64,000 nt of DNA from NCBI GenBank assembly GCA_035627515.1, contig DASPLQ010000012.1:391269-455268 (forward strand). Direction: 5' to 3'. Below the pieces are notes generated by a model that saw nothing but the letters and a program-made list of their open reading frames with translations, ran no database searches and was not told the DNA's origin. The translations under genes were made by a program, and so were the position numbers. This DNA is from Vitreimonas sp. Its GTDB lineage: Bacteria; Patescibacteriota; Microgenomatia; UBA1400; PJMF01. Positions 20,915 to 30,648 of this stretch are shown piece by piece (position 1 is the stretch's first letter; each line of letters begins with the position of its first letter).

Positions 20915-22855
20915 TTACCGCGCTGTAGTACCAGTGACCCCATACTGTCGCAACACCTGCGAAGTACCTTGATCCACAGTGGTTAAGGCCTCATCCGGGG
21001 CTTTACCAGCGACGACAGCGTTAATAGCATCTTCATAGTATTTAATGATTTGATCATTAATACCATTATCGTGAGTGGCGGAATTGAGGTACCAGCTGTC
21101 AGCATTAGGAGCGTCTTTAAGGTAGGGTGACACCAACGGATCACTGGCTAGTTCACTGGCTAAATCTACGCGTGAGTACGGTTCGCCAAAGGCACGGACT
21201 TTACTCTGTTCACTGTACATTTTTTTCATCACATCTTTAGAACTCATGTATTCCAATAACTTCCAGGCCACGTCTTTGTTTTTACTTTTGTTATTAACGC
21301 CTTCAGCCCAGTAGCTTGCCCAAGACGTCTTGCTACTTCCCAACTTTGGCAATGACGTAATACCGAACTGTAATGAGGGATTGAGAGCTTTCACTTCATG
21401 GGCTCTCCAAGATGGGGCAAACATCATGGCCACTTCACCGCGAGCAAACGCCACCGTCGAAGCTGGTAACGTGCTATCCCACACCTTGTCTGTCTTAGCA
21501 AAGTTAGTATAAAAGGTGAGCGCATCACGTGCTTCACTGGAAGTGGGCTTGGTTAAATCAGCGCCATTTTGGAGCATTAATAAACCTAAAATATCGGAAA
21601 AGTGCTCCACATTACTAGTGGTACCAATGGCTAATCCGCCCCGCTCAATTTTACCCGCACTTGAACGAACGGTTAATTGCGATGCCAATGTCCGCAACTC
21701 AGCCCAAGTGGTAGGCGGTTGGACGCCAGCCGTTTTGAAAATTTCTTGATTGTAATACAAAGCTAAGCCGTCATACATCAAGGGAATACCCACAATTTGA
21801 CCATTTACCTGTAATTGTTTGGTAGTCACTGGGTAGAACGTTTGTTGGTACTCGGTGGCACTCATCACTGAACTAGGCATTGGCGCTAGTTCATTAGCCA
21901 ACATTGGTACCCAACTGGCGTGGTAGCGGAAAACATCTGGCCCATTGGTAGAAGCAATGCCATTTTGTAAGCGGTCTCGGAAGTCTTTGTGAGATTGTTT
22001 GACGTAATTAACTTTAACGCCGGGATTAGCAGCCTCAAAATCTTGGAACACAGTTGCCAAGACTTCATTGGGTTCCCACAGCCCCCAGTACGTGAGGGTG
22101 GTTTGTGTGGATGGAACGGATGTCCGGCCAGCTTGAGAAGTATTGGTGTTGGGAGCGACACTAGCAGCTGGTTGATTAGGAGTAGTTGGGGTAGAAGTAA
22201 TCGGCGTCGCAGATCCACCACCTAAAAAGCGCGACAATATAAAACCAATCACACCCACAATCACTAATGCTCCTAATACAAATGGCAAAAAGCGTAACGG
22301 GGTTTTCTTAATACTGGCAAATTGAGGCGCAGCTTTGCCAGCTGGCGTGCTTGCCGCAGCAGGTGTTCCGGCCGGAGGTGCAGGGGGAGCTCCACCTGGA
22401 GGAGTAACTCCGGGCGGGGTACCGGCTGGCGGTGCGGCGGGTGGCAAACCTGCCATACCTGGTGGTCGAGGTGGCATTTGCGGAATGGTTGATGGAGCTG
22501 TTCCAGGTTTCCCGGGAATAGGCGCAGTCAAAGGAGCCATCGGCGCGGCGGGCTTAGGAATGGGGTTACTACCTCCGGGAGAAGCTACTGAAGGAGTCGG
22601 TGCTGCAGACAAAGCCGGCGGCGTAGCAGGCGCACTGGGTTTAGGTAACCCTGGTGCTGCAGATACTACTGGAGATGTGGCTGCCACTGGCATGGATGGG
22701 GTGGCCGGCGGCGTGTTAGGCTTGGGCAAACCAGTGGGTGGTGTTGAAGAAGGCACAGGTTGAGCTACCACTGGGGTAGCAGGTGCCACAGGTGGAGCCT
22801 TATGCGGCACGGCAGTTGGTGGTGGAGTGGGAGTGGGCAGTGGCTGATTTGGCAT
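20915..22855 (-). CDS. Sugar ABC-type solute-binding protein with a Pro-rich N-terminus and TM anchor
   Basis: TLTYWG, GPDVF, GIPL..DGLALYYN, PPTTWAEL, FARGEVAMM. Confidence 0.88.
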   Translation of the reverse strand: MPNQPLPTPTPPPTAVPHKAPPVAPATPVVAQPVPSSTPPTGLPKPNTPPATPSMPVAATSPVVSAAPGLPKPSAPATPPALSAAPTPSVASPGGSNPIPKPAAPMAPLTAPIPGKPGTAPSTIPQMPPRPPGMAGLPPAAPPAGTPPGVTPPGGAPPAPPAGTPAAASTPAGKAAPQFASIKKTPLRFLPFVLGALVIVGVIGFILSRFLGGGSATPITSTPTTPNQPAASVAPNTNTSQAGRTSVPSTQTTLTYWGLWEPNEVLATVFQDFEAANPGVKVNYVKQSHKDFRDRLQNGIASTNGPDVFRYHASWVPMLANELAPMPSSVMSATEYQQTFYPVTTKQLQVNGQIVGIPLMYDGLALYYNQEIFKTAGVQPPTTWAELRTLASQLTVRSSAGKIERGGLAIGTTSNVEHFSDILGLLMLQNGADLTKPTSSEARDALTFYTNFAKTDKVWDSTLPASTVAFARGEVAMMFAPSWRAHEVKALNPSLQFGITSLPKLGSSKTSWASYWAEGVNNKSKNKDVAWKLLEYMSSKDVMKKMYSEQSKVRAFGEPYSRVDLASELASDPLVSPYLKDAPNADSWYLNSATHDNGINDQIIKYYEDAINAVVAGKAPDEALTTVDQGTSQVLRQYGVTGTTAR

Positions 22856-22964
22856 GAAAAAAGTGAACCCTACAATTATGAGCTACAATCACTAGGTTTG
22901 TCTAGAAATGAATCAGGTAAACCCCTCATGACTAAACACAATACTATATAGTACCATAGACCCC

Positions 22965-24782
22965 ATGTCGTTTTCTGCTCCAGACTCCGCCGTTTCCACC
23001 CCTCGTCACCGTCTAACTCTGGTAGCGCTTGCTTTTGTAGTCAGTGTCATGTTGCTGGGTGTTGCCTATGCAGCTTTCTTATGGTCATATCAAGACCGTT
23101 TTTATCCGGGCATTTATATTGACTCACTTTACGTAGAAGGCTTGAAGCCCGCTGAAACGCTCACTGCCCTCCAAACAGCCAGCTCTCCCCTCCCCTTGAG
23201 TGAAATCACACTCTACTCCGAGGAACATACTTTGGCCTCTTCGGCTGCGGAGTTGGCCCTTCATCGCGAGCATGATCAAGCTGTCACTCAAGCTTTTGCC
23301 CTGGGTCGGAGTGAAAATTGGCTTACCCGCCTTACTACTCCCTTTAAATTACTTCTCCAGCCACAGCGCTTCACTTCGCAGCTCGCCTTTGATGAAACAG
23401 CCGTCAAAAACTTTGTGGCGGAGTTTGCCACCCTGGCTGATGAACCTGGAGTAGAACCTAGTGCTACCCTCCGGGTCGCTGGGGCGCCTGCCAGCTTAAC
23501 TATTAACAAAGGTGAAACTGGCATGATCGTTAACCAACCCGCTACTGTCCAAACAGTGCTAGGGTCACTTCATACCCAAACTGCGAGCTTATCGGCTTTA
23601 TTAACTACCAATACTCGCGCTCTCACTGAAGAAGAACTGCCCGCTGCTCAAGAACGTGCCGCTCGGCTCGTTAATCAAAAAGTGACACTCAAAAATGCTG
23701 AAGGCAGTATTAAACTCTCAGATCAAGATCTGGTGAATTTATTAGCCTTTCCGGTGGGTATTTCCGAAACCAAACTCAATGCTTTATTTGAAGAGTGGCG
23801 CCAGCGGCTGGAGCGAGCTCCTCAGGATGCAGAGTTCAGCTACGATCCTCAAACATTGGTCGTCACTAGCTTTAAACCTCACAAACCTGGGTTGACGATC
23901 GATCGTGTCCAAACCCAGCAAACCCTCCTCGAGTTATTTGAAAAAATTGATCGCGAAGTAAGCGCAGCACAAGCCGAAAATAAAACTCACGAACCCACCA
24001 CGTATGAAGCTGAACTGGCTCTAGAAATCACCCAACCTGAAAAAACCTTGGCCGGCACTAATCAGCTGGGGATTGAAGAGCGGATTGGGTTTGGGGAAAG
24101 TGAGTATGCACACTCGATCCCTAGCCGGATTCATAACGTAGCTCATGCTGCCAAAAAAATTAACAATTTTATTATCAAACCCGGTGAGGAGTTTTCATTT
24201 AATCGCGCTTTAGGCGAAGTTTCGCGCGCCACGGGCTATCAACCAGCGTATGTGATTAAGAGTGGCCAAACTGTGCTGGGCGACGGCGGTGGCGTTTGCC
24301 AAGTGAGCACCACTCTTTTCCGCTCTGTCCTCAACGCCGGTCTCCCAGTCACTAAACGTAAGCCACACAGTTATCGCGTCAGTTACTACGAACTTGATAC
24401 TAAGCCCGGCATTGATGCCACTGTGTATGCTGGTGACGTGGATCTGCGTTTCAAAAATGATACCGGCCACCACGTTTTAATCCATGCTAATACGGATAGT
24501 GAACACCTCTACATGACGGTCGAGCTCTACGGCACTTCTGATGGCCGCAGCACCCAAATTGTAGATCACAAAACGTGGGACTACCGCTCTCCCCCAGCTG
24601 CGGTGTACATCCCCACTGATACCCTTCCGTCTGGCCGGCTTAAACAAATCGACTGGGCTGCTAGTGGCATCAAAGCCAGCTTCAAAAACATTGTCAAAGA
24701 TAAAGATGGCAACCTGATTCGCGAAGAAGAATACTATTCCAATTACGTGCCCTGGAGCGCTAAGTATTTGCGGGGAATATAA
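22965..24782 (+). CDS. VanW-family protein with peptidoglycan-binding repeats
   Basis: IKPGEEFSFN, GGGVCQVSTTLF, HSYRVSYYE, GIDATV, DLRFKNDT. Confidence 0.93.
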   Translation: MSFSAPDSAVSTPRHRLTLVALAFVVSVMLLGVAYAAFLWSYQDRFYPGIYIDSLYVEGLKPAETLTALQTASSPLPLSEITLYSEEHTLASSAAELALHREHDQAVTQAFALGRSENWLTRLTTPFKLLLQPQRFTSQLAFDETAVKNFVAEFATLADEPGVEPSATLRVAGAPASLTINKGETGMIVNQPATVQTVLGSLHTQTASLSALLTTNTRALTEEELPAAQERAARLVNQKVTLKNAEGSIKLSDQDLVNLLAFPVGISETKLNALFEEWRQRLERAPQDAEFSYDPQTLVVTSFKPHKPGLTIDRVQTQQTLLELFEKIDREVSAAQAENKTHEPTTYEAELALEITQPEKTLAGTNQLGIEERIGFGESEYAHSIPSRIHNVAHAAKKINNFIIKPGEEFSFNRALGEVSRATGYQPAYVIKSGQTVLGDGGGVCQVSTTLFRSVLNAGLPVTKRKPHSYRVSYYELDTKPGIDATVYAGDVDLRFKNDTGHHVLIHANTDSEHLYMTVELYGTSDGRSTQIVDHKTWDYRSPPAAVYIPTDTLPSGRLKQIDWAASGIKASFKNIVKDKDGNLIREEEYYSNYVPWSAKYLRGI

Positions 24783-24788
24783 ACCCTA

Positions 24789-25445
24789 CTATTTAGATAA
24801 TTGTTGTAGCGTCAAAGCCACATAGAACAAACGTTTTATACGCTCAAAAGTTGTATCGCCAATTCCTCTTCCTAAATCTGGTCTGTGCCCCTGATGCCCT
24901 TGTCGCGCTAACTCCTTTAATTCTTCGATGCCTTCAACTTCAATAATTATTTTAACTATTTCTTCAGTCAAAAATTCCACCTCAGCTCCCTCGTAACTCA
25001 TAAACAATCTCGAAACTTTGTTAAATGTATCAATACCCCCATACAACTCTTTGGAAAGTGTTTCTAAAAATGATTGGGAAATTCGTTGAGAAAGATAAGT
25101 ATTTAACCGCTGCTGAACAACTTCAATGGGAAGCTCGAGACCCTCTTTCAATACCTCTTGATATTCAGTGTGGCTTAACTCTGCTGTAAAACTATGATTA
25201 TCCTCAGACTTCACTTTAGCGATACTTACTTTCTTTGCCATTTCTAAAAGTCCCTTGATTTCCAACAAGGCTATGACCTTGCTCTCATCCAAAGCCAGAC
25301 TTAAAGTCATCATCCTGTGATCATCAACGGTAGTTTCTTCAGCAACAATGCTCTCAAATAAAGTGCGTTCGGTTAATAAGCCTTCCATGATCTTGAAAAG
25401 CTCCATAGGGAACGTAAGTGTGTGGGTAATCTCTCGTGATGACAT
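24789..25445 (-). CDS. Hypothetical protein with a C-terminal HhH/RNAP-alpha-CTD-like motif
   Basis: GIEELKEL...RGIGDTTFERIK. Extended -10 TGTTAGAAT 9 nt before ATG. Confidence 0.6.
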   Translation of the reverse strand: MSSREITHTLTFPMELFKIMEGLLTERTLFESIVAEETTVDDHRMMTLSLALDESKVIALLEIKGLLEMAKKVSIAKVKSEDNHSFTAELSHTEYQEVLKEGLELPIEVVQQRLNTYLSQRISQSFLETLSKELYGGIDTFNKVSRLFMSYEGAEVEFLTEEIVKIIIEVEGIEELKELARQGHQGHRPDLGRGIGDTTFERIKRLFYVALTLQQLSK

Positions 25446-25497
25446 AGTGGGGAGATTCTAACATGAGAATCCTCATAAAAATTGGTTTTTGTGTGGC

Positions 25498-25526
25498 TTG
25501 TATGATTTTTGCCAATATTCATACAA
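25498..25526. repeat. 29-bp interrupted palindrome, copy 1
   Basis: TTGTATGA-TTTTTGCCAATAT-TCATACAA; exact reverse complement at 41988-42016. Confidence 0.9.
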
Positions 25527-25580
25527 ACAAAAAAAATGATGCAAAATTCTAACCCACCGCGGAGCAGGTTTTGTCAGCAC

Positions 25581-25597
25581 TGTGCCAATATTAACAA
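25581..25597 (+). repeat. 17-bp intergenic motif, copy 1
   Basis: TGTGCCAATATTAACAA; exact copies at 41867-41883 (+) and 63697-63713 (-). Confidence 0.9.
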
Positions 25598-25707
25598 AAA
25601 TCGCACAATCGAAAAGAAACGTTGGCAAACTCTCACACCTCTCCCCCTCGTTTAACAAAATCATAATTTGCATACTCAACAATTATGTATTATGATAAGT
25701 ATTGAAT

Positions 25708-26097
25708 ATGTCGAAATACACAATAGAAAACGTTTTAGAACATCTTAATTCTTTTGAAAAACAATCTGAGCGAAATTGGTATCACACTTTTTTGATGGAA
25801 TTATCATTCAAGATCGCTTATCTGCGGCCGTTAACAACCACCAAATCAGATGAGTATCTTGAGCGTGAGGAAGAGTTAAAGCAGGATCTGGTGAAACGAG
25901 TAGAGTATTTTTCAAGTAACACTAAAGCTTATGAGTTTGCTAAAAGCCTGGTGGAGTGTTTAGGAACAAATGACCCCGAGCTAAGAATATTCCAGGCTAC
26001 CATGACGAAATTAATTCCACAGTTTCGCACCACTCTGGGTTTGACACTTTTAACCCAAGCCGAGGCCGAAGCCAAAGCTGCTCAAATCAAAGCTTAA
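25708..26097 (+). CDS. Hypothetical helical protein, about 129 aa
   Basis: ORF with protein-like composition; no motif recognised. Confidence 0.65.
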   Translation: MSKYTIENVLEHLNSFEKQSERNWYHTFLMELSFKIAYLRPLTTTKSDEYLEREEELKQDLVKRVEYFSSNTKAYEFAKSLVECLGTNDPELRIFQATMTKLIPQFRTTLGLTLLTQAEAEAKAAQIKA

Positions 26098-26127
26098 AAA
26101 GCGGGCTGATTTGCCTAAAACACTTCC

Positions 26128-26904
26128 CTACGCCGCCTTGCGTCGAGAGCTAGCTTGAGCAGCCATGAACTCATTCATGCCTTCCACAGCTCGCAGGATT
26201 TCCAATGGCACCGCAAAGACTACGGTGTTCGATTGATCTGAGGAAATATCATTGATGGAGTTGAGTGTTCTGAGGTGTAACGCACCTGGTGTACGAGCCA
26301 TCATCTCAGCAGCCTTGGCCAAGTTTTCAGCCGAAGCAACTTCACCTTCAGAGGCAATAATCGTGGCTTTCTTTTCCCGCTCTGCCTCGGCTTGCTTAGC
26401 CATCGTCCGGACCATAGATTCGGGCAACTCGATGTCTTTCAGCTCCACACTCTGGACATCTACTCCCCAACTGGTGGTGGCTTCTTCCACGTGCCTGAGA
26501 ATGTCTTTGGCAATCTTTTCACGGTTGGAAAGCAACTCATCTAACGTCGCTTCACCGGCAATACGCCGCATCGTCGTTTGAGCCAGCTGTGAGACCGCCC
26601 AGAACACGTTTTCGACTTCATTGATGGCTTTAGCGGCATCAGTGACTTTATAGTAAATAACGGCGTTCATTTTGCACGAGACGTTGTCACGAGTAATGAC
26701 TTCTTGTTTAGGAACATCGACGGCCTTAGTACGGATGTCAACTTTGGTAAAACTTTGAAAAATAGGGATCACAAACCGCCAGCCGGCCCCCACCACACCA
26801 CTAAACCGACCCATGGTGTAAATGACTCCCCGCTCATACTCATTAACTTGACGTAAGATCATGGGTAATAACACGACGGCAACGATTAAAAGGAAAATCC
26901 ACAT
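26128..26904 (-). CDS. SPFH/band 7 (slipin/stomatin) family protein
   Basis: N-terminal TM, EYERGV, QEVITRDNV, LAQTTMR, QAEAEREKKA. Confidence 0.95.
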   Translation of the reverse strand: MWIFLLIVAVVLLPMILRQVNEYERGVIYTMGRFSGVVGAGWRFVIPIFQSFTKVDIRTKAVDVPKQEVITRDNVSCKMNAVIYYKVTDAAKAINEVENVFWAVSQLAQTTMRRIAGEATLDELLSNREKIAKDILRHVEEATTSWGVDVQSVELKDIELPESMVRTMAKQAEAEREKKATIIASEGEVASAENLAKAAEMMARTPGALHLRTLNSINDISSDQSNTVVFAVPLEILRAVEGMNEFMAAQASSRRKAA

Positions 26905-27013
26905 AAGCTCCTTGAGATGAATTTGTGACTAATGGTGATTGTATCACTCGGCTAAAATAACACCAGTGACTTCTGGTCTAGAGAAAACCTTGGCCTAGCA
27001 GTATAATTTCGGC

Positions 27014-29260
27014 ATGGATTCTCGCTATAACCACCTCGACCACGAAGATACTATTTATCAACAATGGCAAACTGCTGAAGCCTTCAACCCTGATAAGAAC
27101 AGCCGCTCAGTTGCTAAACCTTCTTCCAAAACTGATCAAAAGACATCGTTTAGTATCATGATGCCCCCGCCCAATGCCAACGATCCGTTGCACATTGGCC
27201 ATGCCATCTTTACCACCATTGAAGACGTTTTAATTCGCTACCACCGCATGTTGGGTGACGACACCTTGTGGCTACCCGGTACCGATCACGCCGGCATTGA
27301 AACCCAGTTTGTGTTTGAAAAGAAACTCAAAAAAGAAGGCAAATCTCGCTTTCAATTCGATCGTAAGACGCTCTACCAAATGATTTGGGAGTACGTTCAA
27401 GAAAACTCGGATATCGCTGTCAACCAACTCAAAAAAATCGGTGCTAGCGCTGATTGGTCACGCTTTAAATTTATGCTGGATCCCAGTATCGTTGAAGTGG
27501 CGCTAGCTACGTTTAATAAACTCCACACAGCAGGTTTGGTCTATCGCAATCAACAATTAGTGAACTTTTGCACGAGTTGTGGCACGAGTTACTCAGAGCT
27601 AGAAGTTAATTATGTTGATAAGGTGGACCCACTTTATTATGTGAAGTATCCTCTCGTCGGCCAACCAGGCGAGTTCATCGTGGTAGCCACGGTCCGTCCA
27701 GAGCCGATTTTTGTAGACACTCACTTGGCAGTTCATCCCACTAACCCCAAAACCAAACACTTAATTGGCAAAAAAGTTTTGAATCCCCTTACCGATGTAG
27801 AAATGGAAATTATTGCCGACGAGTTTGTCGATCCGGAGTTTGGCACCGGTATTGTAAAGTTGACACCCGCTCATGATCCCCATGACTATGAAGTCGCTAA
27901 AAAACATGGCTTGCCTTTGGTGTCAGCCGTGGACTTCAGTGGTAAAATCACTGCCGCTGGAGGCAAGTATGCCGGGCTCAAGGTCGAAGCCGCCCGCCAA
28001 CAAGTGGTGGCTGATTTGGAAGCCAAAGGCTTACTTGAAAAAGTTGATAGTAAGTATAACCACCGGATTGGAACGTGTTATCGGTGTGGGCGGGTGATTG
28101 AACCACTGCTGCGTCCCCAATTTTTTATTAAAGTTAAAGAATTGACTCAGCCTGTCTTAACCGCTCTCGATAATGGTGACGTCACCATTCACGGCGCTGG
28201 CCACGACAAAATCCTTCGCCATTGGTTAGAAAACTTGCGTGACTGGAACATCAGTCGTCAAATTGTATGGGGAATTCGGATTCCAGTTTGGTATCCAGTA
28301 GCCGGCAATGAAGATAAGTTAGTTGTCAGTTTTATCGATAACAACAAAACCTTCCACCAAGGTCCTTTATCTGAGTGGCTACCAACCTTTTCGCTATCAG
28401 AAATTGAGAGTGGTCTCCAGCAACTACTCGCGCTAGAGTCTCTCCCCTACTCTGTTTCACAAGACAAACCTCAAGACGGTCAAGAGTACTTGCCGGAAAC
28501 TGACACTTTTGACACTTGGTTTAGCTCCGGCCAATGGCCCTTTGCTACCCTCCAAACCACCCAACCCGGCGACTTTGACCGCTTCTACCCTACTTCAGTG
28601 ATGGAAACCGGCTATGATATCTTGCCCTTTTGGGTGATGCGAATGTTAATGCTCGGCACATTTGCTACTGGCCAAGTTCCTTTCAAAAACGTCTATTTAC
28701 ATGGCCTTGTCCGCGACCAAAAAGGTCAAAAAATGAGCAAAAGCAAAGGCAACGTCATTAATCCGTTGGAAATTATCGAGAAGTATGGTGCCGATGCTCT
28801 GCGAATGGCATTGGTAATTCGCTCTAGTGCCGGACTTGATAAGTCTGTGGGCGAGCCTGATTTCAAAGCCATGCGCAATTTGACTAACAAGCTCTGGAAT
28901 GCTGCTCGTTTTATTCACCAAAATCCAGATAAAGTTGCTGCTGCTGACCCGAAGTCAGGAGATGCAGCATTCATGGAGAGATTAGAAACTGTCACCACCT
29001 CAGTCACTCAACAATTAAATGATTTCAAGATTGGTCTGGCCGCTGAGACGCTTTATAACGAATTTTGGCATTGGTTTTGTGATGAAGCTATCGAACAAGC
29101 CAAGGCCGGCGAGTTGTCATATCAGACCTTAAACACAGGTTTAATTCGCTTTCTAAAGCTCTTCCACCCCTTTATCCCGTTTGTCACCGAGACCATTTGG
29201 CAAGCCTTTGAAAATCCCACTTTGCTTATCTTGGAGAGTTGGCCTACTATAGATGAGTAA
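27014..29260 (+). CDS. valS: Valine--tRNA ligase (lacks the C-terminal coiled-coil arm)
   Basis: HIGH, PGTDHAGIETQ, GTGIVKLTPAHD, DWNISRQIVWG, DTWFSS, KMSKS. Confidence 0.97.
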   Translation: MDSRYNHLDHEDTIYQQWQTAEAFNPDKNSRSVAKPSSKTDQKTSFSIMMPPPNANDPLHIGHAIFTTIEDVLIRYHRMLGDDTLWLPGTDHAGIETQFVFEKKLKKEGKSRFQFDRKTLYQMIWEYVQENSDIAVNQLKKIGASADWSRFKFMLDPSIVEVALATFNKLHTAGLVYRNQQLVNFCTSCGTSYSELEVNYVDKVDPLYYVKYPLVGQPGEFIVVATVRPEPIFVDTHLAVHPTNPKTKHLIGKKVLNPLTDVEMEIIADEFVDPEFGTGIVKLTPAHDPHDYEVAKKHGLPLVSAVDFSGKITAAGGKYAGLKVEAARQQVVADLEAKGLLEKVDSKYNHRIGTCYRCGRVIEPLLRPQFFIKVKELTQPVLTALDNGDVTIHGAGHDKILRHWLENLRDWNISRQIVWGIRIPVWYPVAGNEDKLVVSFIDNNKTFHQGPLSEWLPTFSLSEIESGLQQLLALESLPYSVSQDKPQDGQEYLPETDTFDTWFSSGQWPFATLQTTQPGDFDRFYPTSVMETGYDILPFWVMRMLMLGTFATGQVPFKNVYLHGLVRDQKGQKMSKSKGNVINPLEIIEKYGADALRMALVIRSSAGLDKSVGEPDFKAMRNLTNKLWNAARFIHQNPDKVAAADPKSGDAAFMERLETVTTSVTQQLNDFKIGLAAETLYNEFWHWFCDEAIEQAKAGELSYQTLNTGLIRFLKLFHPFIPFVTETIWQAFENPTLLILESWPTIDE

Positions 29261-29736
29261 TGACTCGTCTATTGCTGTTACCTTTTTTCCTACTCAATTT
29301 AGTAACTCGCGTCAGTCTCGATCTCTTAGGCTGGTCCCTCCAGTTGTTTCCTTTTTATAGTCTGGTGGGCTCAGCTTTCTTTTTAGTAGTGATTGTCTTT
29401 TCTTGGTGGCAAATGGCAACCACACTCGTGGTTACCTCTCCCCCACCCTCGCTAGCGGCTGAGGTCAGTGCTGCCTTAAATACCGCTCAAGTCCCAACGC
29501 TGACCCTTGCTACCGACGCCGATTATGAGGGCGTTATTAAAGAAATTAAGATCTGGGAAGAATACGCTGCTCTCCAACCAACTCACCGGGACGTCTTGAT
29601 CAATTTAGCTTTGTTGCACTTTTACTTAAATAACCAAGCTGGTGCTCAATGGTTCTGGAAACAAGCCGCCCAGATTGATCCCAACGCACCCATTTTCACC
29701 TCTCCCCTCCCCGCCTTTCAACCTGAGACCAAGTAA
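29260..29736 (+). CDS. Membrane protein with a TPR-like C-terminus
   Basis: Hydrophobic N-terminus; PTHRDVLINLA...A...IDPN. Coupled to valS (TAATG overlap). Confidence 0.7.
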   Translation: MTRLLLLPFFLLNLVTRVSLDLLGWSLQLFPFYSLVGSAFFLVVIVFSWWQMATTLVVTSPPPSLAAEVSAALNTAQVPTLTLATDADYEGVIKEIKIWEEYAALQPTHRDVLINLALLHFYLNNQAGAQWFWKQAAQIDPNAPIFTSPLPAFQPETK

Positions 29737-29737
29737 C

Positions 29738-29774
29738 AAAAAACCCGCCGGTGGTGATCACGCGGCGGGTTGTT
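29738..29774. terminator. Terminator between convergent genes
   Basis: AACCCGCCG...CGGCGGGTT stem with an A-tract (U-tail for rplY). Confidence 0.7.
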
Positions 29775-29791
29775 AATTTAAAAAAGAGTTT

Positions 29792-30463
29792 TTACTCGGC
29801 TTTTTCTTCAGTCTTTTCTTCAGTTCCTTCAGTAGCAGGAGCTGCAGCTTCACCCTCTGTGCCTTCGGCTACTGGAGCTTCTTCAACTGGCTCGGCTTGT
29901 TCTTTGAACTCTTGGAGCATCACCACTGGAGATTCTTCTGTTTCTTCACCTAATACCAGGGTAACTTTGGTTTTGTCATACTTCAAATCAGCATAGGTAA
30001 TGGTCTGGCCAATTGCCGTCAAAGTACTAGCATCGATCTCGAATTTTTCTGGTAAATCAGTGGGTAAGGCCTCGACTTCGATGACGTCGTGTAAGGTCAA
30101 GAGCACTGATTCGGGCACTTCACTTTGACCAATGACTTCGACTGGGATCTCAGCTTTAAGCTTTTCTTTTAAGTTCACTTGGCGGAAAACAACGTGAATG
30201 GGGTGATTTTTGACTACATCAACCTGCAGATCTTCCACTAAGACTGGACGAGCAGTTTTTTCACCTTCAATTGTCAAATAAATTAAACCGTTATCCCCTG
30301 CTTTTTCATACAGCTTTAAAAAAGCTGCTTGGGGTAAAGCTAACATAATTGAGTTTTCGCCAGGAACGGAAACGTTGGCGGGAATCAAGCGTTGAGCCCG
30401 GACCGTTTTGACGGCTTTACCAGCAATAGTTCTGAGTTGTGCAGAGAAAGTAAGTTTTTCCAT
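29792..30463 (-). CDS. rplY: 50S ribosomal protein L25/Ctc
   Basis: R...GK.VK..R....IPAN, HVVFRQV, EVEALPTDLPE, acidic tail. Confidence 0.93.
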   Translation of the reverse strand: MEKLTFSAQLRTIAGKAVKTVRAQRLIPANVSVPGENSIMLALPQAAFLKLYEKAGDNGLIYLTIEGEKTARPVLVEDLQVDVVKNHPIHVVFRQVNLKEKLKAEIPVEVIGQSEVPESVLLTLHDVIEVEALPTDLPEKFEIDASTLTAIGQTITYADLKYDKTKVTLVLGEETEESPVVMLQEFKEQAEPVEEAPVAEGTEGEAAAPATEGTEEKTEEKAE

Positions 30464-30495
30464 AAGTGCTTAAATGATTAATAGCTAAGAGCCGG

Positions 30496-30524
30496 ATTAT
30501 AGAGGTTTTTGCCTCAGGAAGCAA
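30496..30524 (-). promoter_or_regulatory. rplY promoter
   Basis: TTGCTT-17 nt-TATAAT. Confidence 0.6.
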
Positions 30525-30648
30525 GTTTAGACCAAACTTCACGTGATATAGGATATAATCGCCAAAAAGTAGAATTTTATCTCTGGAAAGTAGATTCTTT
30601 TCGGTGTATCAAATATGTGTTCAAAATTTATTTCTGTATAAATCTAGA

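Noticed and set aside
22335-22763. Gly/Ala-rich antisense ORFs (also 46531-47391 and 61209-61970)
   Set aside because: They are shadows of Pro-rich or Gly-rich coding sequence on the opposite strand.
30535-30550. parS-like AACTTCACGTGATATA
   Set aside because: Only 11 of 16 bases match TGTTTCACGTGAAACA, and it is a single copy.
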